Assembly: GCA_013215805.1 (NCBI GenBank)
Contig: JABSQM010000002.1
Location: forward strand, 92,420 to 156,419
Origin: Piscirickettsiaceae bacterium
GTDB taxonomy: Bacteria; Pseudomonadota; Gammaproteobacteria; Nitrosococcales; Methylophagaceae
Direction of reading: 5' to 3'
DNA length: 64,000 nucleotides
Position 1 is the first letter of the stretch; every line of letters begins with the position of its first letter. The translations under genes and the position numbers were made by a program. The notes under the pieces were generated by a model, which did no database searches, had not been told where the DNA came from, and was given only the letters and a program-made list of their open reading frames with translations. Shown here piece after piece: positions 1 to 12,725 of the stretch.

Positions 1-1107
1 CAAATGTTGTTTTTATTGCAGTTTCATAATGACCATATTTTTGATTGCATAAATAATTTATTAAAAAATGAAGTTGCTCTAACAGAGCTCCAAAAAAATG
101 TAGCCCTGAATTAAAACTCTCTTTGATCTTTTTTCTATTGGATTCGCTTTATCTGATTTACTGCAAAGGCTGTTACCTAGATAGATCAAATAAAATTTTG
201 ATACATTGAATTACTAAATCATATCTAAATATTATCATTGTAAATATGACTTATCAATTTAGACAGTCCAATTGATATGGAAGTTTTTTACTACTAGTAA
301 CAACTCGGCAAGTAAGTATCAGCTCTATAACGGATGCCTTCATTAATCATTAATAGCAATTTTATCCAGATGGAAGAAATTCATGGGATGTCCATCATAT
401 TTACAACAAAACTATTATTGGAGTGGAGAAAGAATGCATAATCTTTGAAAAGTCAATAGAAGAGTATGTAAATTATTTATGCATCAACCTAATCCATTCC
501 AACAACTCTAATCAACTCGCTATTAAATGTAAAGTATGACTTCGGCTCAAACCAAAAGCCATAACGAACCGTTTTACAACAGCAAATAGAAAAATTTCGA
601 GCCCATTTTTTGACTATGAAAAGGCAGTAATTTCATTGATAACACAAAGATCTACAATCGTACATCTGCAAATTATTTGTGAACGAGTAAAAAGGTTATC
701 AGAGATATTATTAGACTGAATATCATACTTAAGATATCAAAACTTGTTATTATAGCTTCCTCTGAAGGATATTTTCATTCGCATGCATACCTCACCTTCA
801 TTATAAAATGAAGACGAAGATATATCACTTTAGACAGATAGGCTGAATTTAACTTTTCATACATTTTGGATGGAAATAATCATTAAACGATAGGTCAAGT
901 ATTGATACGCGACAAAATAAAGAGATACTTAATATAGACAACGGAAATATTCAAAGGTTATGCAAATAATTTTTAAAAATTACAATGGTTGGTTATAGGG
1001 TGTCTAATACATTATTAGACTCATGATAGAACATAGGTATGATCTAAATAGTCAAAGCGAATTAATTGAGTAGGTATCAGAGATAGAAATGAGCCTCTTA
1101 TAACAAT

Positions 1108-1479
1108 TTAAATATCATCAGTTTTAGAGTCTACCAATTCAACAATAGCCATCGGAGCTTTATCACCTTCACGCAAACCACATTTAAGAATACGAACGTA
1201 CCCTCCCGGACGAAAGGCTGAGCGAGATCCAAGATCAGTAAATAACTTTGTTACTGCTTGTCTATTACCGAGACGGGAGTAGGCTAACCTACGATTAGCT
1301 ACGCTATCTTTTTTACCTAGAGTAATTAAAGGCTCAATGATGCCACGCAGCTCTTTAGCCTTAGGTAGTGTAGTACGGATGATTTCATGCTCCATCAATG
1401 AAATAGCCATATTTTTAAACATAGCCTTCCTGTGACTGCTATTACGGTTCAATGTACGACCCGAATTACGATGACGCAT
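1108..1479 (-). CDS. rplQ: 50S ribosomal protein L17
   Basis: 123-aa ORF '[21 protein letters not shown]...' matches L17. It is the last gene of the alpha operon, directly after rpoA. Confidence 0.97.
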   Translation of the reverse strand: MRHRNSGRTLNRNSSHRKAMFKNMAISLMEHEIIRTTLPKAKELRGIIEPLITLGKKDSVANRRLAYSRLGNRQAVTKLFTDLGSRSAFRPGGYVRILKCGLREGDKAPMAIVELVDSKTDDI

Positions 1480-1523
1480 TCTAAATTTACCTTATATTTA
1501 TAATAAAAAAAGTCACTCTAGTA

Positions 1524-2504
1524 TTATTTTTTAAATGATGCAGGTGGCCAACTATCAAGGTGCATACCTAATGATAGCCCCTTTGAAGCCAATATACCTT
1601 TGATTTCAGTTAATGATTTCTTGCCTAAATTTGGTGTTTTAAGTAATTCCATTTCACTACGCTGGATTAGATCACCTACATAGTATATATTTTCTGCTTT
1701 CAGGCAATTTGCAGAACGAACAGTTAAATCCAAATCATCAATTGCTTGCAATAACGAAGGATCGATATCTGGGCTTTTTTCTTCAACAACAGTTTCCTCA
1801 ATGACTTTAAAATCAACAAAAGATGTTAATTGATCGCTCAGGATTGTTGCGGCAGATTTAATCGCATCCTCAGCTTCCAATGTCCCGTCCGTATCCACAT
1901 CAATAATCAACCTATCAAGATCAGTGCGATTCTCAACACGTGCATTTTCGACCGTATATGACACCATATTAAAAGGTGTAAAAGTAGCATCAATAGCGAG
2001 ACGACCGATTGCACGTTTTTCATCTTCTTCTATAGGACGCGTATTAGCTGGCGAATAGCCTCGACCCTGAAGTACAGTTAATGTAATAACCAGGCTACCA
2101 CCAGTAAGATTTGCAATTATATGAGAGGGGTTGACTACCTCTACATTGTGTGGCAACTTGATATCAGCCGCAGTTACAGGACCAACGCCCTCTTTACTGA
2201 TCGTTAAGACCGCCTTATCTATACCATGCAACTTAATCGCGATACCTTTCATATTCAAGAGAATATCCAATACATCCTCTTGAACACCATTAATAGCTGA
2301 GTACTCATGTAACACACCATCAATTTGTGCCTCAATCACTGCTGCACCTTCCATGGATGACAGTAGGATGCGACGTAATGCGTTGCCCAACGTATGACCA
2401 AAGCCACGCTCTAATGGTTCTAGTACTAATCGTGTTCGTGTATCACTGAATTTTTGAATATCCACAATCCGCGGTTTAAGCAATTGACTTCGATAGGTCG
2501 TCAT
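1524..2504 (-). CDS. rpoA: DNA-directed RNA polymerase subunit alpha
   Basis: The ORF-track frame is 348 aa. I place the start at the internal ATG at 2504 ('[17 protein letters not shown]...', 326 aa), which is preceded by GGAGGAG (revcomp of 2511-2517). Sequence and operon position are typical of RpoA. Confidence 0.95.
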   Translation of the reverse strand: MTTYRSQLLKPRIVDIQKFSDTRTRLVLEPLERGFGHTLGNALRRILLSSMEGAAVIEAQIDGVLHEYSAINGVQEDVLDILLNMKGIAIKLHGIDKAVLTISKEGVGPVTAADIKLPHNVEVVNPSHIIANLTGGSLVITLTVLQGRGYSPANTRPIEEDEKRAIGRLAIDATFTPFNMVSYTVENARVENRTDLDRLIIDVDTDGTLEAEDAIKSAATILSDQLTSFVDFKVIEETVVEEKSPDIDPSLLQAIDDLDLTVRSANCLKAENIYYVGDLIQRSEMELLKTPNLGKKSLTEIKGILASKGLSLGMHLDSWPPASFKK

Positions 2505-2547
2505 GCAAACTCCTCCAAGTAAATCATAATGATGAATCTTCCAAGTA

Positions 2548-3168
2548 CTACTTCGAATAAAGCTCAACAACTAAATTTTCATCCATATCAGATGCTAATT
2601 CATCACGTTCTGGTATTCGATTAAAGATACCAGAAAGTTTAGTTGAATCAACCGCAATCCAATCAGGAAATCCTAGTTGCACAGCGACTAACATAGCATT
2701 AATAATCCGATCCTGCTTCTTAGCTTTTTCACGCACCTCAATAATATCACCGGATTTAACTAAATATGAAGCTATATTTACAATATAACTATTTACGAAA
2801 ATAGATTTGTGCGAAACTAGCTGCCTTGCCTCCGCACGTGTAGAGGCATATCCCATACGGTAAACAACATTATCTAATCTTCGCTCCAATAAATACAATA
2901 AATTTGAACCAGTAGCTCCACGCTTTTTATCAGCAAGCTTATAATAATTTCTAAATTGTTTTTCCAAAACACCATAAATACGACGAATCCTTTGCTTGGC
3001 GCGCAACTGCGTCGCATATTCAGATTCCCGGTCACGGCGTACGCCATGCTGACCTGGCTTCTGATCTATCTTACATTTACTCTCTAAAGGATTGCCTCTA
3101 CTTTTCAAAAATAGATCAACGCCTTCTCTTCGACTAAGCTTACAACTGGGGCCACGATATTTTGCCAT
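2548..3168 (-). CDS. rpsD: 30S ribosomal protein S4
   Basis: 206 aa, '[23 protein letters not shown]...'; alpha operon order rpsM-rpsK-rpsD-rpoA-rplQ. Confidence 0.97.
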   Translation of the reverse strand: MAKYRGPSCKLSRREGVDLFLKSRGNPLESKCKIDQKPGQHGVRRDRESEYATQLRAKQRIRRIYGVLEKQFRNYYKLADKKRGATGSNLLYLLERRLDNVVYRMGYASTRAEARQLVSHKSIFVNSYIVNIASYLVKSGDIIEVREKAKKQDRIINAMLVAVQLGFPDWIAVDSTKLSGIFNRIPERDELASDMDENLVVELYSK

Positions 3169-3187
3169 AGCCTATTTCTCCTATATT

Positions 3188-3577
3188 TTAGACCCTGCGT
3201 CGTTTTGGTGGGCGACAGCCGTTATGTGGCATTGGCGTCACATCTATAATATTGCTAATTTTAAACCCTAAATTGTTTAAGGCACGTACAGCCGACTCGC
3301 GCCCTGGACCAGGCCCCTTAATTTCTACATCCAAATTTTTCATTCCCAATTCTTTTACTATTGCACCCACCTTTTCAGCAGCTACCTGTGCTGCAAAAGG
3401 AGTGCTCTTTCGAGAACCACGAAAACCACACCCACCTGAGGTAGCCCACGACAGTGCGTGACCCTGACGATCGGTAATAGTTATGATTGTATTGTTAAAT
3501 GATGCGTGCACATGTGCAATACCATCAACAACATTCTTTCTAATGCGCTTACGTTGTCGTGCCGTTGAATTAGCCAT
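3188..3577 (-). CDS. rpsK: 30S ribosomal protein S11
   Basis: 129 aa, '...[30 protein letters not shown]...'; alpha operon position. Confidence 0.97.
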   Translation of the reverse strand: MANSTARQRKRIRKNVVDGIAHVHASFNNTIITITDRQGHALSWATSGGCGFRGSRKSTPFAAQVAAEKVGAIVKELGMKNLDVEIKGPGPGRESAVRALNNLGFKISNIIDVTPMPHNGCRPPKRRRV

Positions 3578-3590
3578 ATATTGGGCCTCT

Positions 3591-3944
3591 CTACTTAATT
3601 ATGCGGCGAGGACCTTTACTAGTCCTTGCATTTGTTTTTGTTCTTTGACCCCGTAGAGGCAAGCCTCTCCGGTGACGGACACCACGGTAACAACCAAGAT
3701 CTTTTAGACGTTTAATATCCATTGACACTCCACGTCGTAAATCACCTTCCACTGTAAATTTAACCACTTCAATACGTAAAGCCTCAACTTCTTGCTCCGT
3801 CAAATCCCTAATTTTAGTATTAGGAGCAACATCAGCATCTCCGCATATTATATATGCACGAGCATTACCAATGCCATAGATTGAAGTTAATGCAATTACC
3901 GCGTGCTTCTGTACCGGTACGTTTATTCCAGCAATACGAGCCAT
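3591..3944 (-). CDS. rpsM: 30S ribosomal protein S13
   Basis: 117 aa, '[26 protein letters not shown]...'; alpha operon position. Confidence 0.97.
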   Translation of the reverse strand: MARIAGINVPVQKHAVIALTSIYGIGNARAYIICGDADVAPNTKIRDLTEQEVEALRIEVVKFTVEGDLRRGVSMDIKRLKDLGCYRGVRHRRGLPLRGQRTKTNARTSKGPRRIIK

Positions 3945-4033
3945 TTATTTATCCTAATCACCAAAAGTTGATCGCAAATTCTACCATAGAGCATATACGC
4001 TCAACAACTTAAATCAGTCGTACATATTATAAA

Positions 4034-4147
4034 TTATCCTTGACGTTGCTTATGACGAGCCTCCTTACAGATTACTCGTAAAACACCCTTACGCTTAATG
4101 ACCTTACAATTACGACAAATCTTCTTAACAGATGCCTGAACCTTCAT
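4034..4147 (-). CDS. rpmJ: 50S ribosomal protein L36
   Basis: Below the ORF-track size cutoff. Hand translation of the minus strand gives the 37-aa '[37 protein letters not shown]' followed by TAA. It lies between secY and rpsM, as expected. Confidence 0.92.
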   Translation of the reverse strand: MKVQASVKKICRNCKVIKRKGVLRVICKEARHKQRQG

Positions 4148-4184
4148 CAACATTCTCCAACAAATATATCTTTTACTTACTGAT

Positions 4185-5534
4185 CTAACTTAAAAATCCC
4201 GACATCCTATTATTATTTCTGTTTGATTTGCGCATCAAACTATCATATTGTTGAGACATCATATGTGACTGAATCTGTGAAACGAAATCCATGACTACCA
4301 CTACAATAATTAACAATGATGTACCGCCAAAATAAAATGGTACATTCCAATATAGTATCAAAAATTCTGGTAACAAACATACTGCGGTAATATAGACTGC
4401 GCCAGATAAAGTTAAGCGACCCATGACACCATCAATATAACAGCTGGTTTGTTCTCCAGGACGTATTCCTGGAATAAAAGCACCAGATTTTTGCAAATTA
4501 TCAGCTGTTTCCTTGGGGTTGAATACTAATGCTGTATAGAAAAAACAAAAGAATATTATTGCAACTGCATAGGATAACACATACATCGGTTCTCCAGGAA
4601 GCATCAATGTAGATATATCCTTTAACCACCTCATACCTTCATAATTACCAAACCATCCACCTATTGTAGCAGGAAAGAGTATAATACTCGAAGCAAATAT
4701 TGGAGGAATCACACCCGCCATATTTAATTTCAGTGGCAGATGCGTGACTTGACCTGCCATCATTTTACGGCCCTGCTGTTTTCTCGCATAATGCACAGGT
4801 ATACGACGCTGCGCCCTTTCAACAAAGACAACGAATGAAGTCACTGCTAAAGCTAAGGCTAACAAAGTTATAACAAAAAAAGTATGTAACTGACCGGTGC
4901 CAGCCAACTCCAAAGTTCCTCCAATCGCTGAAGGTAAACCTGCAACAATGCCTGCAAAGATAATTAAGGAGATGCCATTTCCTATGCCACGCTCAGTAAT
5001 TTGCTCACCCAACCACATTAAAAACATTGTTCCTGTTACCAAAGTAATAACGGCCGTAGCCCTAAATACAAACCCAGGATCAACAACTATACTCAAACCT
5101 CCAGTACTCTGACTCTCCAATGCCAAAGCAATACCAAGTGCTTGAAATGTTGACAACATCAAAGTACCATAACGGGTATATTGAGTTATCTTACGCCTTC
5201 CCGATGCGCCTTCCTTCTTCATTTGTACCAACTTAGGATGTACAACGGTTAGCAATTGCATAATAATTGATGCAGATATGTAAGGCATAATACCCAATGC
5301 AAACACCGATAAACGCGATAAAGCACCACCAGAAAACATATTCAACATACTTAGAATCGTGCCTTTTTGTTGCTCAAACATAACGGCAAGTGCCAAAGGA
5401 TCTATACCAGGTACAGGTATGAAGGTACCCGTACGGTACACTATTAATGCTCCCAGTACAAATAGCAATCGACTTTTGAGGTCGCTATACTTATCAGAAC
5501 TTAGAAGCGCTGCATGTTGCGTCTTTATTTCCAC
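4185..5534 (-). CDS. secY: Preprotein translocase subunit SecY
   Basis: 449-aa polytopic membrane protein with the N-terminal signature '[27 protein letters not shown]'. It lies at the end of the spc operon. Confidence 0.96.
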   Translation of the reverse strand: MEIKTQHAALLSSDKYSDLKSRLLFVLGALIVYRTGTFIPVPGIDPLALAVMFEQQKGTILSMLNMFSGGALSRLSVFALGIMPYISASIIMQLLTVVHPKLVQMKKEGASGRRKITQYTRYGTLMLSTFQALGIALALESQSTGGLSIVVDPGFVFRATAVITLVTGTMFLMWLGEQITERGIGNGISLIIFAGIVAGLPSAIGGTLELAGTGQLHTFFVITLLALALAVTSFVVFVERAQRRIPVHYARKQQGRKMMAGQVTHLPLKLNMAGVIPPIFASSIILFPATIGGWFGNYEGMRWLKDISTLMLPGEPMYVLSYAVAIIFFCFFYTALVFNPKETADNLQKSGAFIPGIRPGEQTSCYIDGVMGRLTLSGAVYITAVCLLPEFLILYWNVPFYFGGTSLLIIVVVVMDFVSQIQSHMMSQQYDSLMRKSNRNNNRMSGFLS

Positions 5535-5540
5535 AAAAAG

Positions 5541-5975
5541 TTACTCTTTAATCATGCCACCGGCAGCTTCAATAACTTTTTTAGCTCCATCAGTTACAGA
5601 TAGCCCCCTGATAGTAAGTGCAACTATCAAATTTCCAGAATTAATTATTTTAACCTTCAAAATATTCTTAGATACAATACCAGCTGCTTTAAGCGTTACA
5701 AGATCAATCACAGTTGAATTAATTGATACCAATACATCCAGTCGCACTTCAGTAGAACATAAACTATTGCGTGAAACAAAGCCAACTTTTGGTAGGCGAC
5801 GTTGCAAAGGCATCTGACCACCCTCAAAACCACGCTTATGCAACCCACCTGCACGTGATTTTTGCCCCTTATGACCACGACCAGATGTTTTCCCCGACCC
5901 TGAACCAATGCCACGACCCACGCGTTTTGCAGATTTATTTGCACCTGGTGCTGGAGCAATATTATTTAAGTTCAT
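5541..5975 (-). CDS. rplO: 50S ribosomal protein L15
   Basis: 144 aa, Gly/Lys/Arg-rich N-terminus '[25 protein letters not shown]'; spc operon position. Confidence 0.96.
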   Translation of the reverse strand: MNLNNIAPAPGANKSAKRVGRGIGSGSGKTSGRGHKGQKSRAGGLHKRGFEGGQMPLQRRLPKVGFVSRNSLCSTEVRLDVLVSINSTVIDLVTLKAAGIVSKNILKVKIINSGNLIVALTIRGLSVTDGAKKVIEAAGGMIKE

Positions 5976-6161
5976 TTATACCTCTTCAACCTTCAATAAA
6001 TAGGAGGCATGGTTAATCATGCCTCTGTTTTGAGGTGTGTCAATAACCACAGCACTACTACCAGTTTTCCTTAAACCTAAGCCAGCAACACATGCTTTAT
6101 GATTAGATAAGCAACCAATAGTACTCCTTACCAAAGTGATTTTTAATTTTTGTAATAACAT
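5976..6161 (-). CDS. rpmD: 50S ribosomal protein L30
   Basis: 61 aa, 'KLKITLVRSTIGCLSNHKACVAGLGLRK'; between rpsE and rplO. Confidence 0.95.
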   Translation of the reverse strand: MLLQKLKITLVRSTIGCLSNHKACVAGLGLRKTGSSAVVIDTPQNRGMINHASYLLKVEEV

Positions 6162-6167
6162 TTATAC

Positions 6168-6677
6168 TTACCCTTGGATCTCAGCAACTGTCTTACCACG
6201 TTTGGCAGCAATTGATTTCGGATTGTTCATATTTCTCAAGCCCTTAATAGTCGCACGTACCACATTTAAAGGATTAGTCGAGCCAATAGTTTTAGCTAGC
6301 ACATCATGAATACCAACTACATCAAATACGGCGCGCATTGCACCACCAGCAATGATACCCGTACCTTCAGACGCTGGTTGCATGTATACTTTTGCAGCAC
6401 CGTGAGTCGATGTGAGTGGATACTGCAACGTATGCTCATGTAAAGTAACAGTCCACATATACCTTCTTGCTTCGTCCATTGCTTTCTGGATTGCTATAGG
6501 TACCTCACGGGCCTTACCTTGCCCAAAACCTACGCGCCCATTGCCATTGCCAACGACGGTTAATGCGGAAAATCCAAATACACGACCACCTTTAACGACC
6601 TTGGCTACACGACGAATGTTAACTAATTTTTCAATTAAACCATCGGACGGAGTTGAACGTAGATCATTTTTAGCCAT
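6168..6677 (-). CDS. rpsE: 30S ribosomal protein S5
   Basis: 169 aa, '[39 protein letters not shown]'; spc operon position. Confidence 0.97.
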   Translation of the reverse strand: MAKNDLRSTPSDGLIEKLVNIRRVAKVVKGGRVFGFSALTVVGNGNGRVGFGQGKAREVPIAIQKAMDEARRYMWTVTLHEHTLQYPLTSTHGAAKVYMQPASEGTGIIAGGAMRAVFDVVGIHDVLAKTIGSTNPLNVVRATIKGLRNMNNPKSIAAKRGKTVAEIQG

Positions 6678-6695
6678 ATTAATACACCTTTAAAA

Positions 6696-7049
6696 TTACA
6701 ATTGTAAGCCGCCTTCACGGGCAGCATCAGCCAGTGCTTTAATGCGACCATGATAGCTAAAACCAGAACGATCAAATGACACTTTTGTGATGCCTTTTAT
6801 AACCGCGCGTTGAGCAACCGCTTGACCAACGATCTCAGCCGCGAATATATTACCGGTAAATGTTAACTTGTTCTTGATTTCCACATCTAAGGTTGATGCA
6901 GATGCGATTACTCTAGTATTGTCACAGGACAATACCTGCGCATAAATATGACGCGGCGTTCTATGTACAGTTAATCTATATGCCTGAAGCCTTTTTATAT
7001 TTGCACGGCATTTAGCTGCCCTACGTAAACGCGAATTTCTCTTATCCAT
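6696..7049 (-). CDS. rplR: 50S ribosomal protein L18
   Basis: 117 aa, '[15 protein letters not shown]...' and C-terminal '[26 protein letters not shown]'; spc operon position. Confidence 0.97.
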   Translation of the reverse strand: MDKRNSRLRRAAKCRANIKRLQAYRLTVHRTPRHIYAQVLSCDNTRVIASASTLDVEIKNKLTFTGNIFAAEIVGQAVAQRAVIKGITKVSFDRSGFSYHGRIKALADAAREGGLQL

Positions 7050-7063
7050 ATGTCTAAGCCTAA

Positions 7064-7597
7064 TTATTTCTTCTTAGCTTCTTTACGAGCGACGTGTTCA
7101 TCAATGTAACGTATTCCTTTGCCTTTATATGGCTCGGGAGGACGATACATACGAATATCAGCAGCAACTTGACCCACCAATTGTTTATCTGCACCAGATA
7201 CAACTATCTCAGTCTGGCTTGGAGTTATAGCTTTGATACCCTCTGGTAATTTATATTGAACCGGATGTGAAAATCCTAAAGTGAGATCTAAATTATTACC
7301 TTGTGCTTTAGCACGATAACCAACGCCAAATAAACTTAATTTTTTTTCAAAGCCTTGAGACACGCCAATCACCATATTATTTAATAAAGCACGAGTAGTA
7401 CCTGCCAAAGCAAATGATTGCTTAGCATTATTACGCGCCGATGCTTTTAGAGAGGTATTTTCTTGTAAAATATCCACATCTGGATGCACACTGAGAATTA
7501 ACGATCCATAACGCCCCCTAATTGATATCCTGGCGCCATCCACGGACACTTCCACGTCTAACGGAATTTCTATTGATGCATTTGCAATACGTGACAT
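7064..7597 (-). CDS. rplF: 50S ribosomal protein L6
   Basis: 177 aa, '[21 protein letters not shown]...', '...[14 protein letters not shown]'; spc operon position. Confidence 0.97.
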   Translation of the reverse strand: MSRIANASIEIPLDVEVSVDGARISIRGRYGSLILSVHPDVDILQENTSLKASARNNAKQSFALAGTTRALLNNMVIGVSQGFEKKLSLFGVGYRAKAQGNNLDLTLGFSHPVQYKLPEGIKAITPSQTEIVVSGADKQLVGQVAADIRMYRPPEPYKGKGIRYIDEHVARKEAKKK

Positions 7598-7625
7598 TCA
7601 TATGTCTCCAAATAGTAGTACTAGC

Positions 7626-8021
7626 TTAACTTACCGAACATAGTACTTCACCACCTTGACCTAAATAGCGTGCCTGATGATCGGCAATTACACCTCTTGA
7701 TGTAGAAATAATTGCTATACCTAAGCCACCAATGACTCTTGATATATTACCTACCGATCTATAGACACGTAGACTTGGACGGCTTACCCTGTCTATCTGT
7801 GAAATAACTGGCTTACCTTCATAATATCGTAATGAGATTAACAGTAACCTTTTGCTCTCAATACCACTCACTATATAAGCATTAATATAACCTTCATTCT
7901 TTAAAACCTTAGCAATGCTAATTTTTAGCTTAGATGATGGCATATTCACATCACTTTTATTTGCTTGCTGTGCATTACGAATACGAGTTAACATATCTGC
8001 AATTGGATCTGTAAGGCTCAT
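7626..8021 (-). CDS. rpsH: 30S ribosomal protein S8
   Basis: 131 aa, '[22 protein letters not shown]...'; spc operon position. Confidence 0.97.
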   Translation of the reverse strand: MSLTDPIADMLTRIRNAQQANKSDVNMPSSKLKISIAKVLKNEGYINAYIVSGIESKRLLLISLRYYEGKPVISQIDRVSRPSLRVYRSVGNISRVIGGLGIAIISTSRGVIADHQARYLGQGGEVLCSVS

Positions 8022-8053
8022 TTTTAATTAGCTCCAATATCTAAGTTAATTAT

Positions 8054-8359
8054 TTACCAACTAGCCATAACTAAACCGGGGATATCACCTTTCATGGCAT
8101 GCTCACGCAATTTATTTTTTGACAAACCAAATTTACGATAATATCCATGTGGACGCCCGGTTATCTTACAACGATTTTTCATGCGAACAGGGCTTGAATT
8201 GCGTGGTAAAGAATGAAATCTTATGGCAGCTTTTTGACGCTCATCAAGACTTGTTGAAATATCTAGCATTTTTTTTCTTAATTTTGCACGTATGGCTGAG
8301 TATTTACTTACCAATTTTGCTCTTTTAATTTCGCGATTAACCATACAACATTTAGCCAT
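8054..8359 (-). CDS. rpsN: 30S ribosomal protein S14 (long, non-zinc form)
   Basis: 101 aa, ending '...GLSKNKLREHAMKGDIPGLVMASW'; spc operon position. Confidence 0.96.
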   Translation of the reverse strand: MAKCCMVNREIKRAKLVSKYSAIRAKLRKKMLDISTSLDERQKAAIRFHSLPRNSSPVRMKNRCKITGRPHGYYRKFGLSKNKLREHAMKGDIPGLVMASW

Positions 8360-8382
8360 AACTTAATTTTCCAACCAATAAT

Positions 8383-8922
8383 TTACTTTCTAAAGGGAAA
8401 TCTCAATGCCGATAGCAATGCTCGAGACTCATCTATATTTTTCGTAGTTATCGAAAAGCTAATATCCATACCACGCACCACATTAATTCTATCGTATTCA
8501 ATTTCAGGAAAGATAATTTGTTCTTTAATGCCCATACTATAATTCCCTTGGGAATCGAATGATTTGGGATTCAAACCACGAAAATCACGAATTCGAGGTA
8601 TCGAAATCGTTACTAAACGATCCAAAAAATCATACATCCGTTCCGAACGCAATGTGACTTTACAACCTACCGGCCATCCCTCGCGCAACTTAAAGCCTGC
8701 AATGGACTTCCTAGCTTTAGTTATCACAGGTTTTTGACCGCTAATATTCTCCATATCAGAAACTGCACTGTCCAAAATTTTCTTATCTGTTAATGACTTA
8801 CCCACACCCATATTAAGTGTAATCTTAGTAATTTTAGGCACTTCCATAACTGATGTATAGCCGAATTTATCCATTAAATCCTTGACTACTCGTTCACGAT
8901 AAAAATCTCTTAATCTGCTCAA
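8383..8922 (-). CDS. rplE: 50S ribosomal protein L5
   Basis: 179 aa, '[17 protein letters not shown]...'; spc operon position. Confidence 0.97.
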   Translation of the reverse strand: MSRLRDFYRERVVKDLMDKFGYTSVMEVPKITKITLNMGVGKSLTDKKILDSAVSDMENISGQKPVITKARKSIAGFKLREGWPVGCKVTLRSERMYDFLDRLVTISIPRIRDFRGLNPKSFDSQGNYSMGIKEQIIFPEIEYDRINVVRGMDISFSITTKNIDESRALLSALRFPFRK

Positions 8923-8942
8923 TGTGCTTACCTATCGTATAC

Positions 8943-9263
8943 TCATGATGAACCGACAACTTCGCCAGTTGATTTAAAAACACGAATTTTCCGACCCTTA
9001 TCTAAAATTTTGAAACCAACCTTATCACCCTTACCAGTAGCTGAGTTCAACAAGGCTACGTTTGAACCATGAATAGACATTTCTTTTTCAATAATACCAC
9101 CAGCAATACTTAGAGTAGGATTAGGTTTGGTATGTCTTTTTACAAGGTTAATGTCTTTAATGAGATACCTACCATTGCTTTCGCGGCGAACAACCTCACC
9201 TTGTTTGCCTCGATCTCTACCTAGTATAACGATAATCTGATCACCTTTAACTAATTTTTCCAT
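8943..9263 (-). CDS. rplX: 50S ribosomal protein L24
   Basis: 106 aa with a KOW-type 'VKGDQIIVILGRDRGKQGEV'; spc operon position. Confidence 0.96.
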   Translation of the reverse strand: MEKLVKGDQIIVILGRDRGKQGEVVRRESNGRYLIKDINLVKRHTKPNPTLSIAGGIIEKEMSIHGSNVALLNSATGKGDKVGFKILDKGRKIRVFKSTGEVVGSS

Positions 9264-9277
9264 TATAAAATTCCCAC

Positions 9278-9646
9278 TTATAACACCTCAGGTGCCAAAG
9301 AAATAATTCTCATAAATTTTTCACCACGAAGTTCCCTCGTTACAGGTCCAAAAATACGTGTGCCAATCGGCTGGAGTGCAGCATTCAATAAAACAGCTGC
9401 ATTACTGTCAAAACGGATCAAAGATCCATCAGAACGACGTACGCCTTTACGAGTACGTACAATCACGGCATTATGCACATCACCTTTTTTTACCTTGCCA
9501 CGTGGCACTGCCTCCTTGATAGTAACTTTAATGACATCCCCAATGCCTGCATAACGACGGCGCGAACCACCTAACACTTTTATGCATTCCATACGTCTAG
9601 CTCCGCTGTTATCCGCTGCATCCAAACTGCTTTGCATCTGAATCAT
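9278..9646 (-). CDS. rplN: 50S ribosomal protein L14
   Basis: 122 aa, '[28 protein letters not shown]...'; first gene of the spc operon. Confidence 0.97.
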   Translation of the reverse strand: MIQMQSSLDAADNSGARRMECIKVLGGSRRRYAGIGDVIKVTIKEAVPRGKVKKGDVHNAVIVRTRKGVRRSDGSLIRFDSNAAVLLNAALQPIGTRIFGPVTRELRGEKFMRIISLAPEVL

Positions 9647-9678
9647 AGTATAAACTCCAACTTAAATAATAAGCGATA

Positions 9679-9939
9679 CTACTTGACACGACTAACTACA
9701 TCAACTAAATTCCAACTTTTAGTTTTAGACCAAGGACGACTAGAAGTAACATTTACTATATCGCCAATGTTGCAATCATTATTTCCATCATGTACATGCA
9801 ACCTAGTAGAACGCTTTACAAATTTTTTATAAAGAGGGTGAGAGACTTTACGTTCAACTAACACTGTAATGGATTTATCCATTCTATCGCTTATAACTCG
9901 ACCCGTTACTAAACGTATACTTCTTTTCTGTTGGCTCAT
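9679..9939 (-). CDS. rpsQ: 30S ribosomal protein S17
   Basis: 86 aa, '[30 protein letters not shown]'; end of the S10 operon. Confidence 0.96.
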   Translation of the reverse strand: MSQQKRSIRLVTGRVISDRMDKSITVLVERKVSHPLYKKFVKRSTRLHVHDGNNDCNIGDIVNVTSSRPWSKTKSWNLVDVVSRVK

Positions 9940-9948
9940 ATTTATATC

Positions 9949-10134
9949 CTACTTTTTCTCATTAAGTACCGTTTTCATACGAGCAATATCACGGCGCACG
10001 CGCTTTAATTCGCTTGAACGTGACAACTGGCTAGTCGCATTTTGCATACGCAGTTTAAAAAGCTCTTTACAAAGAGCTTCAAGCTCCTGCCTTATTTCCT
10101 CAATACTTTTTTCTCTAATTTTGAAGGCTCTCAT
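9949..10134 (-). CDS. rpmC: 50S ribosomal protein L29
   Basis: 61 aa, '[34 protein letters not shown]'. Its start overlaps the rplP stop by 1 nt. Confidence 0.95.
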   Translation of the reverse strand: MRAFKIREKSIEEIRQELEALCKELFKLRMQNATSQLSRSSELKRVRRDIARMKTVLNEKK

Positions 10135-10547
10135 TATAGTATTGCTCGTGTTACAAACGCTGTTTTAACTGGAAGCTTAGATGCCGCAAGCCGAAATGCT
10201 TCTTGTGCAATTTCTGCGCTAACGCCTTCCATTTCATAAAGCATTCGACCAGGCTGAACATTAGCAACCCAATATTCAACATTACCCTTACCTTTACCCT
10301 GACGCACCTCAAGAGGCTTGCTGGTGATTGGCTTGTCAGGAAACACACGAATCCAAATCTTACCGCCACGCTTAACATAGCGTGTCATAGCTCGACGTGC
10401 AGCCTCAATCTGACGAGCAGTGATACGACCAAGATCTAAAGACCTAAGACCAAATTCACCGAAGCTTACCTTTGAACCTCGATGTGCTAAGCCGCGAGTA
10501 CACATCTTCATCTGCTTTCTAAATTTAGTTCTTTTTGGCTGTAGCAT
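10134..10547 (-). CDS. rplP: 50S ribosomal protein L16
   Basis: 137 aa, '[14 protein letters not shown]...'; S10 operon position. Confidence 0.97.
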   Translation of the reverse strand: MLQPKRTKFRKQMKMCTRGLAHRGSKVSFGEFGLRSLDLGRITARQIEAARRAMTRYVKRGGKIWIRVFPDKPITSKPLEVRQGKGKGNVEYWVANVQPGRMLYEMEGVSAEIAQEAFRLAASKLPVKTAFVTRAIL

Positions 10548-11223
10548 TAGTTATAATTTTATTCCTCTCTGCTTTAGCTTCAGCTTCAGAGTTGGCCTCA
10601 AAAACCTCGCCTTTAAAAATCCAAACTTTAATCCCAATAATTCCATACGTTGTCTTTGCCTCTGCGACACCGTAATCAATATCTGCACGTAAAGTATGTA
10701 ATGGCACACGCCCCTCACGATACCACTCGGTACGAGCAATTTCTGCACCATTCAAACGCCCAGAAACATTTATACGAATGCCACCTGCTCCCAAGCGCAT
10801 AGCATTGGTGATCGCACGTTTCATTGCTCTACGAAACATAATTCGGCGCTCAAGTTGTTGCGCTACACTTTCAGCAACCAATAACGCATCAAGCTCAGGC
10901 TTGCGGATCTCCTCGACACTAACACTAACAGGAATACCCATTATGGATGAGGCTTCTTTTCTCAACTTATCGATATCCTCACCTTTCTTTCCGATCACAA
11001 TCCCTGGCCGAGCTGTATGAATCGTAATTTTAGCAGTCTTAGCCGGTCTATTAATCTGAATCTTACTAACCGATGCATGCGCTAACTTATTTCTAAGATA
11101 AGAGCGTACCTTCAAGTCGCTATTTAACATATCTGGAAAATCTGCAGAATTAGCATACCAGATCGAATTCCAATTTTTAATTATACCAAGTCTAAAGCCG
11201 ATTGGGTGAACCTTTTGTCCCAT
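10525..11223 (-). CDS. rpsC: 30S ribosomal protein S3
   Basis: 232 aa, '[24 protein letters not shown]...'. Its 3' end overlaps the rplP start by 23 nt. Confidence 0.97.
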   Translation of the reverse strand: MGQKVHPIGFRLGIIKNWNSIWYANSADFPDMLNSDLKVRSYLRNKLAHASVSKIQINRPAKTAKITIHTARPGIVIGKKGEDIDKLRKEASSIMGIPVSVSVEEIRKPELDALLVAESVAQQLERRIMFRRAMKRAITNAMRLGAGGIRINVSGRLNGAEIARTEWYREGRVPLHTLRADIDYGVAEAKTTYGIIGIKVWIFKGEVFEANSEAEAKAERNKIITNATAKKN

Positions 11224-11235
11224 AAATATTCTCTC

Positions 11236-11568
11236 TTACTTTTCGTCTACAACCACAGTAATGTGGCTTGAGCGTTTAAGGATACGATTACCACGACCTT
11301 TAGCTCGTGGTGACATACGTTTCTGGGTTGGACCCTCATCAACCATTACTGCTGCAATGAATAGTTTATCAATATCGTAACCATCATTATTCTCAGCGTT
11401 AGCAATAGCAGAGTCAAGCACATTTTTTATAAGTGATGCTGCTTTTTTAGGGCTATATACAAGCAAATCAATTGCCTTCTCCACAGGCAAACCCCTAATC
11501 TGATCTGCGACTAAACGAACTTTTTGTGCAGAGGATTGTGCATAATTATATTTTGCTTTGGTAGACAT
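11236..11568 (-). CDS. rplV: 50S ribosomal protein L22
   Basis: 110 aa, '[23 protein letters not shown]'; S10 operon position. Confidence 0.97.
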   Translation of the reverse strand: MSTKAKYNYAQSSAQKVRLVADQIRGLPVEKAIDLLVYSPKKAASLIKNVLDSAIANAENNDGYDIDKLFIAAVMVDEGPTQKRMSPRAKGRGNRILKRSSHITVVVDEK

Positions 11569-11581
11569 ATTTTATATCTTA

Positions 11582-11854
11582 TCACCTAATTCTTTTATCG
11601 GAGGCATGGCCTTTAAAGGTACGTGTCGGTGAAAATTCACCCAGCTTATGACCAACCATGTCCTCAGTAATAAATACAGGCATATGCTTTCTCCCATTGT
11701 GAACGGCAATGGTTAAACCTATCATATTAGGCGAAATTATTGAACGTCGTGACCACGTTCTGATCGGACGCTTATTATCGTTATCTATCGCTTCCAAGAC
11801 CTTTCTTGCAAGGTGATTGTCAATAAATGGACCTTTTTTAATTGAGCGTGGCAT
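11582..11854 (-). CDS. rpsS: 30S ribosomal protein S19
   Basis: 90 aa, '[15 protein letters not shown]...[16 protein letters not shown]'; S10 operon position. Confidence 0.97.
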   Translation of the reverse strand: MPRSIKKGPFIDNHLARKVLEAIDNDNKRPIRTWSRRSIISPNMIGLTIAVHNGRKHMPVFITEDMVGHKLGEFSPTRTFKGHASDKRIR

Positions 11855-11874
11855 ATGTATTGTATTCCTAAATA

Positions 11875-12702
11875 TTATTTTCGGTTATGACGACGTACAA
11901 TCATATTATCTGTACGTTTATTTTTTCGAGTTTTATAACCTTTAGTAGGCATACCCCACGGTGTCACAGGATGACGACCTCCCGAAGTACGACCTTCGCC
12001 GCCACCATGCGGATGATCAACGGGATTCATCACAACTCCACGAACTGTTGGACGAACACCACGCCATCTTGCGGCGCCTGCCTTACCTAATGAACGAAGT
12101 ATATATTCACCATTACTGACTTCACCAATTGTAGCTTTACAAACCAATGGTATCTTACGCATTTCACCAGAACGTAAGCGAAGGGTTGCATGCCCTCCTT
12201 CGCGAGCTATATATTGTGCACTGCCACCAGCACTACGAACAATTTGAGCGCCCTTACCTGGCTTCATTTCAACACAATGAACCGTACTCCCTACTGGAAT
12301 GGAAGAAAGCTTCAAACAATTACCTGCTCGTATTGCAGCATTATCCCCGGATTCCAAACAATCACCAACAACCACTCCTTTTGAGGCAATAATATATGAT
12401 TTCTCACCATCAGCATAATTCAATAATGCGATATGTGCTGTTCGATTAGGATCATATTCAATATGCTTAACAAATGCAGGCACACCATCTTTATTACGTT
12501 TAAAATCGATTACACGATAACGCTTTTTATGACCTCCACCACGATGTCTTACAGTAATACGTCCATAATTATTACGACCACCTGAATTCGATTTTCCTTC
12601 AACCAACGGTGCATAAGGCGTACCTCTATGCAGGTCTGCTGTATGTACCGACACGACAAACCTACGTCCCGATGATGTAGGTTTAGCCCTTCTTAAGACC
12701 AT
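11875..12702 (-). CDS. rplB: 50S ribosomal protein L2
   Basis: 275 aa, '...[31 protein letters not shown]'; S10 operon position. Confidence 0.98.
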   Translation of the reverse strand: MVLRRAKPTSSGRRFVVSVHTADLHRGTPYAPLVEGKSNSGGRNNYGRITVRHRGGGHKKRYRVIDFKRNKDGVPAFVKHIEYDPNRTAHIALLNYADGEKSYIIASKGVVVGDCLESGDNAAIRAGNCLKLSSIPVGSTVHCVEMKPGKGAQIVRSAGGSAQYIAREGGHATLRLRSGEMRKIPLVCKATIGEVSNGEYILRSLGKAGAARWRGVRPTVRGVVMNPVDHPHGGGEGRTSGGRHPVTPWGMPTKGYKTRKNKRTDNMIVRRHNRK

Positions 12703-12725
12703 TTCTTTCCCCTCATACTATAACC

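Noticed and set aside
252-837. Direct 15-mer repeat TATCA[A/C]TTTAGACAG at 252-266 and 823-837, and the 11-mer ATTATTAGACT at 708-718 and 1011-1021.
   Set aside because: My rough estimate gives about 0.2 and about 0.7 expected chance occurrences in a 1.1-kb AT-rich region. There is no extended similarity around either pair, so nothing indicates an IS or MITE.
5359-5817. 152-aa plus-strand ORF opposite the secY 5' end and rplO. Similar long antisense ORFs occur at 22291-22737 (opposite rpoC), 27642-28041 (opposite rplL), 28087-28416 (opposite rplJ) and 53512-53967 (opposite trkH).
   Set aside because: Each lies entirely inside a confidently identified gene on the other strand. Their compositions are low-complexity and Ser/Ile/Thr/Pro-rich, typical of shadow frames, and they have no recognisable motifs.
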